From the NCBI GenBank assembly GCA_022813965.1, contig JALDZS010000056.1, positions 62,001 through 126,000 on the forward strand: a stretch of 64,000 nucleotides of DNA. The letters are read 5' to 3'. Shown in pieces: positions 57,828 through 64,000 of the stretch. The translations under genes were made by a program, and so were the position numbers. The notes beneath the pieces were generated by a model. It was not told the DNA's origin. It worked only from the letters and a program-made list of their open reading frames with translations, and did no database searches. Origin of the DNA: Toensbergia leucococca (taxonomy: Eukaryota). How positions within the stretch are numbered: the first letter of the stretch is position 1; each line of letters opens with the position of its first letter.

Positions 57828-59419
57828 CAAGCGGTGCCAACCACATTCAGATATTGCTGTTTGCTCACATAGACCCAAAGCCTATCACTCGACCGTAAGT
57901 TTAGGAGTGAAAAAGCAGATATATATCCACGTCTGTTTCTTCCAAGGCCACTATGCTTGAGCCCTTAGTCCAGTGCTCAAGCAGCGAATACCATGGGAGA
58001 TAATCTATAACAGGGATGAAGATCGTTATATCTCAATCACATGCAAACATACCACCGATACAGTTCTCTAGCTTCAAGATCTCCACATCATACATGCAGC
58101 TGCCATTCACGGTCCTTTTCGCAAACAGGGTTCCCGTGTTACTTTTCAATACTCGTCAGCAACGACTAATTTCAGTCGCTGCACTGTGGCTCCTTTTCAG
58201 GCCTGTTACAAGTGTAGTAGCGAAGCGAGCATACAACTCCATCTAGGGCGGCGGTGACCTTGACTCAAACTCGGCATGTTTTTTCTAGTTCTCAAAGATT
58301 CTGAACCTGATGAAGCACTGACAGTAAGGCAGGCACAAAACGGAAATTAGGCTTGCTAGGTGTTCACAATTAACTTGCATGAGAACAATTATTGGGTTTC
58401 ATCTCTCCAGGTCCACGCTTATCCGAATACTTTTCTACTTCTCCAATATATCTGTGTTTGTAACAAAGTTTTCCTGTTGACGCACCCAATTCTCTAAACA
58501 CCATAATCTGTTTATGTGCTTTTTCCGAATTGTGGTAGAGCACCGAAAACATTCAACTCGAGGGACCGTGAGCCAAAAGTTTTCGCACGTCTACATTTCT
58601 TTTCCTTGTAAATGGTTGGGTGACAAGAACCTTGCGGCCACGTTGATCGAATATATTCTTGCCGCCATCCCAGCATCTCATCCATCAATTTCCTACCTCG
58701 CCCATATATCAACGTCATTTTAAGACGAGCAACATCTGCAAAGAAATGTGCTCAACATCCTACTGCGAAGCACCATAGATCCAGAATCACGCTTCTTGGT
58801 ATCTACAGTCAAGTCGACTAATTAAATAGCACCTCGTCTACTGTAGCGTTTCCCTCTTTACTATGGAATGGTGGAGCTACCATGCGGAGGCTGACTGCTG
58901 TTGCTACTCTGCGAATGAGAATCTGAGTTGCCTTAGAGAAGCTTGTACTCTACTTGGGCATTACTATTCTTGAGATTGATGACGGCTTTTCCACCGAGCA
59001 ACCAATCCTATTCTGTCTCCTTATCTTCTCTTCTTCTCAACGATCGATATCAAACATCAGTCCGTGGGGACGAGGTAAAATAGTCGCCATGCGATTGGTG
59101 GTCGATACATTGCGGCCTTGAAAAGTATGTACGAAAAGCGGGGAAATGAGGCTGCCACTGCTGTACTGAATGTTGCCTTAGGTATATTAATCGCTGCTAA
59201 ACAGGGCTAGCGTAGACAAGTCCAATTGTTGAGCTGGTGAGGCCATTGTAACAGAAATGGTGTGATTGTTGATCGCCTTCTTGGATTTCTATCTTCATAT
59301 TCAAATTTCTCTTGGAGTAGTTTCAAATACGTGCGCATTGCAGCATTGTCGTCCACCTTTTCCGCCAAACCACAAGAATAAGCACACTTTCAAAGGCAAT
59401 AGCATACCCTCTTCGAGAC

Positions 59420-61532
59420 ATGCTGCTTTCCATGATTTATTCTGCCTTGCTAGCGATCTTTCCCATCGTTGCGCTTGCACTCATTACTCCCCACTCTCAG
59501 TCGCCTTTGACCCACCGTGGCACTCCTAATATAATTTTCTTCCTCACGGATGATCAAGACCTTCACCTTGACTCCCTGTCTTACCAACCGCTATTGAAAA
59601 AGCACTTGATTGACGAGGGTCTAACTTTCCAACGTCACTTCTGTACTGTGGCTCTTTGCTGCCCATCCCGCGTTAACCTCTGGACCGGGAAGGCCGCACA
59701 CAACACCAACGTTACCGATGTAAATCCACCGTATGGTGAGAAACGACACTGTGGAGACATCACGACTGATTCCTGATTAACGACTTGAGCAGGAGGCTAC
59801 CCTAAATTCGTGAGCCAGGGTCTCAATGGAAACTATCTCCCTGTCTGGTTGGAAAATGCCGGATACAATGTATATTACACCGGCAAACTCTTCAATGCGC
59901 ACACTGTCGAAAACTACAATTCGCCTTATCCCGCTGGATTTACAGGATCAGACTTCCTACTAGACCCGTACACATATCAATACCTAAATAGCACCTGGCA
60001 ACGGAACCAGGACGCGCCTGTCAGATATAAAGGCAGATACACAACGGACGTTATTGCTGAAAAGGCACGAGGGTTTCTCAAAGACGCGGTTGACGCTGGG
60101 AAGCCATTTCTCCTAACCATAGCCCCTGTCGCGCCTCATAGCAATGTTGAGTTCAATGGAAACAATTTTAGTGACTTAGGAAACTCTTTAAGGATCACGC
60201 CACCAATATCTGCAGACAGGCACAAACATTTGTTCGAGGGAGTCAAAATCCCAAGAACAGATCACTTTAATCCGAGAGAGGTAATGTAGCATTCGTCCTT
60301 CGCGTGACATGTGCATTTGAAGCTTACAAAAGATTGGCTTAGCCCAGTGGCGCCAACTGGATTCTCCAGCTACCTCGACAAAATGAGACTCAGGTCGAAT
60401 ACAACGACGAGTTCTACCGCTCGCGACTTCGTGCTCTCCAGGCTGTTGATGAGCTCGTCGATGAGACCGTCAATCTCCTCGGTCAATATGGCATTCTAGA
60501 CGATACATACCTGATCTACACTAGCGACAATGGCTACCACATCGGACAGCATCGATTGCCACCTGGAAAAGAGTGCGGTTTCGAGGAGGGTCAGTATTGA
60601 AAGTTTGAAATGACTACGTATATGAGAAAGATGACAATCTGAAAACCTATAGATGTTAACATACCCTTGATAGTCCGTGGTCCCGGAGTCCCACAAGGCG
60701 CCGTCACTGAGCAAGTTACGTCTCATACCGACCTGGTCCCTACGATTTTTAAAATCCTTGGATTGAAGCCTAGGGACGACTTTGACGGGGTAGCAATTCC
60801 ACTTACCGAGGACGAGATTAGCGAGACGAATGCTGCGAGGCATGAGCATGTCACGCTAGAGTACTGGGGATTTGCTCTAGCGGAAGGGCAGTATGGTTTT
60901 CACGGGGAAGATGCTCAAGGTGCGACTGAAGCTCCTTCTTGGTGAGCTGTTGGTGATACAGTATTGACTCTGTTGACTAGCTAGCATCCAATGGAACAAT
61001 ACCTACAAAGCTATCCGGGTAATCTCGGACGAGTATAATCTTTACTACTCAGTCTGGTGTAACAACGAACACGAACTCTACAACTTAGCCGTAAGTCATC
61101 CATGTACTTGGTACTGCAAACTTCATTGGCGCAACCTTGGCGAACTGACGAGACTACTTCCAGACCGATCCTTATCAACTTCACAACGTCTACTCTTCAT
61201 CTTCAATGCCTGGCAGAGACCCCAAGTCCGACGTGTCTCAAAGCATCCTTGGAGTGCCTATGGCGAAGCTCGTTGGCCGTCTCGACGCGCTGCTCTTGGT
61301 CCTAAAATCTTGCAAGGGTGAAGCTTGCATTAGACCGTGGGAGGTCCTGCACCCGCGAGGAGACGTGGTAAGCCTGAGGGATGCGCTCAACACAACATAC
61401 GATGCTTTTTACGAGGTCGAACAGACGAAAGTTGAGTTTAATCGATGTGAACAAGGCTATGTTCTCGACGCTGAAGGACCACAGGTGGGGTTGGCATTTC
61501 GAGATGGCTTACGGTGGAGTGAATGGACGTAG
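59420..61532 (+). CDS. Secreted arylsulfatase (formylglycine-dependent, Ars-1 type), 6 exons
   Basis: Signal peptide; PNIIFFLTDDQD; ALCCPSRVNLWTG (CxPxR); YTGKLFN; APH; YTSDNGYHIGQHRLPPGK; NNTYKA; ends WSEWT*. Confidence 0.95.
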
Positions 61533-62275
61533 AAGGTCTACAGACTGTGATGAAAGACGAAAAGCCTAGTCGCCATGCATCTTATGCAATCGGTACATAT
61601 GATAGCGATAAAACGGATCTGGCTGGATGAGCCCTAAGCGTTTGCACTTTGCAATAAATAAGCACCAGAATTTCTTTTCTTTTGACCGGCTGGAAACGTT
61701 TCTAGTTTGTAGCAAATCTTGGGTCTCGTTTTGGCATGGACATTGAGGGATAGTAGGGCGTGTTTTTGAGATGGTCTTCAGCCTTTTTACAAAAGTCTTT
61801 CCAATACGAAATGAGAACAATACGGTTACAGGTGGAAGGTATTTGCTAGCAGTGAAAAAGAATACAAGAATACCAGTACCATTTTGAAAAAGCCTTCAGT
61901 GTCATCCCCCCCCCCCCATGTATTTACAGACCGCGTCAGACCAAATAGGAGGTGTCGGCAGTCAACATCGACCGAGCACAAGACGACGGCTCGGATCACG
62001 CAATCTGCGTTTGCAATTCACGATATTCCGACCATTTGGCCATGGCTCACTAATCCTCCGCCCATGCATCGCTCTACCTGCCTTTGACGAATCAAAGCCA
62101 AGACGGAAAGATAACGGTATGCAAGCCCTCTCATGGCTTCCCACTTTGTGAAGATCGTTCGGGATAAATGAAAACTTCAAAGCCGAGGGCGAGTTGTGAG
62201 AACCCCGATCAAAAAAGAAAGATGACATACCAATGCTTTTTCTCAGTCCGTCTCGCCACTCCATGTCAAGCAACC

Positions 62276-64000
62276 ATGGTGGCCATTCCCTTCAATGCTG
62301 CTGCGAGCACAGCTTCAGGTCTATCTCATTCGCGCCAACCACACGATCAGACACCTCTGCTCCAGTCAGATCAGACGGGACATGTCCCAAAGGGCCGGCC
62401 GTCAGAGTTGCACCCTGCATCGAAGCTTGTGGATGAAGAGGCAAGGAGCAACGCTTCCGAAGCCATCAAAGAGGATGTAAACGCCAAGTCGGTCAAGGGC
62501 ATAGCAGGAGTCATATCTGTGCTAATACTAGGTACGCACGTGCATGGCCGCCTGAACACCTAACAAGGGCCCGCTTCGGAGTAGAATTGAGGGAGCTGAA
62601 TGCGGAGTGCCATCTGACCAATATAGGTGTTTTCATTGCAAACGCTGATACCTCGATCGTGTTGGCAACTTACGGGAGCATATCCAGTGAGATTGGCAAC
62701 CTTGATGATGCGAGCTGGCTTGTTGTAACGTATACATTGGCAATGTGTGCTGTTCAGCCGACTGTACGTTGAGCCCTGTGGATCGTGCGCCAGTCACTTT
62801 GTTGTAGTACTGAAGCTCTTGGTGGCAGTACGGCAAGTTGAGCGACGTCTATGGTCGGAAGTCCACGTTGATCACTGCATACACCTTCTTTGCCATTGGA
62901 TGCGCTCTAAGGTACTCCACATACTGCAGGACTGCTTCTGAATTGCTCTATAACGAATAGGAGCCTTGGCAGTGCTGATATATCTACAGTGGTGTAGGCA
63001 CGAGTATGTGGCAAGTAATTGTTGGTCGTGCTGTCGCAGGAATAGGTGGTGCTGGTATGACCTCTCTAGTCTCGGTCTTGATCGCAGGTATGTCACTGTT
63101 CCCGGCCGCAAGCATTCTCTATTTGATGTTTTTCTCATAGACAAGGTTCCACTGCGGGATGTAGCTACCTGGCGCGGCTATGTCAACGTTGCAGCTACCG
63201 TTGGAAGAAGTGCTGGTGGACCATTCGGTGGCTACTTGGCCGACACGATAGGATGGAGATGGTGAGTTGTACTAAGGCTGGGTATAAAAATCACCGAACA
63301 TTGGCTGATCTCTCATAGGTCATTTTACATTCAATGCCCTCTTGCAGTCTTGGCCCTTGTTCTTGTATCATGGAAGCTCGAAATGCGGATCCGTCTCTAC
63401 CTTGTTGCTCAACAGAGTCAAAGATGAGGAACTTACGCCGCATTGACTTTTTGGGCTCTGCATCGCTCGCTTTGACAATCGTAACCTCCTTGATTGCGCT
63501 TGACCTGGGAGGCCAAAAAGTCCCTTGGACAAATCCAATTGTTTGGATACTTTTCGCTACATCCGCCGTTCTCGGATGCGTCTTCTTATTCGTTGAAGCG
63601 TTTTTGGCAAACGAGCCAATTTTTCCATTACGTCTACTCATCCATAGGGATGTTGTGACGGCGAACCTGGTAATCGGATTGCAGATTGTGGCTCAATTTG
63701 CGGTATTACCCCCCCTTTCTTCGACCTTTTTTAATGTAGATGACTGAGGAACGATAATTGATTTCTCCAGGTCATGTTCACTGTGCCTTTGTACTTCCAG
63801 GTCACCTCTCGAGCATCAGCGACCAATGCTGGCACACATTTACTTCCTGCGGTACTAGGAAACGCGGTCGGCGGCCTGATGTCTGGCGCTATAATCAAAA
63901 GGTAGCTATTCGTGATTTCGCACCACTCCCTTCTGATACTCATTCTCGATGGGACTGCCTCATATAAATTACTTACTCTTTCGGGCACAATCATCTCTTT
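62276..64000 (+). CDS. MFS transporter, DHA2/Vba-like family; multi-exon, runs off the window end; apparent 1-nt frameshift near 63382
   Basis: GVFIANADTSIVLATYGSISS, SWLVVTYTLAMCAVQP, YGKLSDVYGRK, GRAVAGIGGAG, VPLRDVATWRGYVNV...GGPFGGYLADTIGWRW, RRIDFLG, EPIFPLRLL. Confidence 0.9.

Noticed and set aside
1..61532. Sulfur-assimilation cluster (sulfhydrylase plus arylsulfatase)
   Set aside because: The two genes are about 58 kb apart with unrelated genes between them.

Overview
Gene-dense nuclear DNA of a filamentous ascomycete (Pezizomycotina; spliceosomal GT-AG introns with CTRAC-type branch sites throughout). I can support about 21 intact or near-intact protein genes and 2 pseudogenes: O-acetylhomoserine sulfhydrylase (partial), a Zn2Cys6 TF, a C2H2 TF, a CYP52-clan P450, XlnR, PI-phospholipase C, a small CxxC-CxxC protein with a GC-AG intron, an SDR pseudogene, a GH18 ENGase-like protein, a glutathionyl-hydroquinone reductase, an RS-rich protein, a GW/WG-repeat protein, a conserved hypothetical protein, a cupin, PXMP4, SltA/AceI, an aspergillopepsin-like protease, a secreted GH19-like protein, an Ipa1/UBE3D homolog, an HExxH metalloprotease-like protein, an arylsulfatase and an MFS transporter (partial). 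I found no tRNA, rRNA, intact transposon or secondary-metabolite core gene. Most interesting: (1) a structured RNA element in an unusually long intron of the Ipa1/UBE3D 3'-end-processing regulator; (2) a ~29-bp RNA hairpin in an intron of the sulfhydrylase gene, plus fold-backs in other long introns; (3) a protein with 38-39-aa GW/WG repeats (candidate Argonaute hook); (4) four frame-preserving, stop-free introns in sltA; (5) a GH19/lysozyme-like secreted protein; (6) three single-base homopolymer frameshifts in otherwise intact genes, which may be assembly errors. All family calls come from motif recognition by eye; no database search was run.
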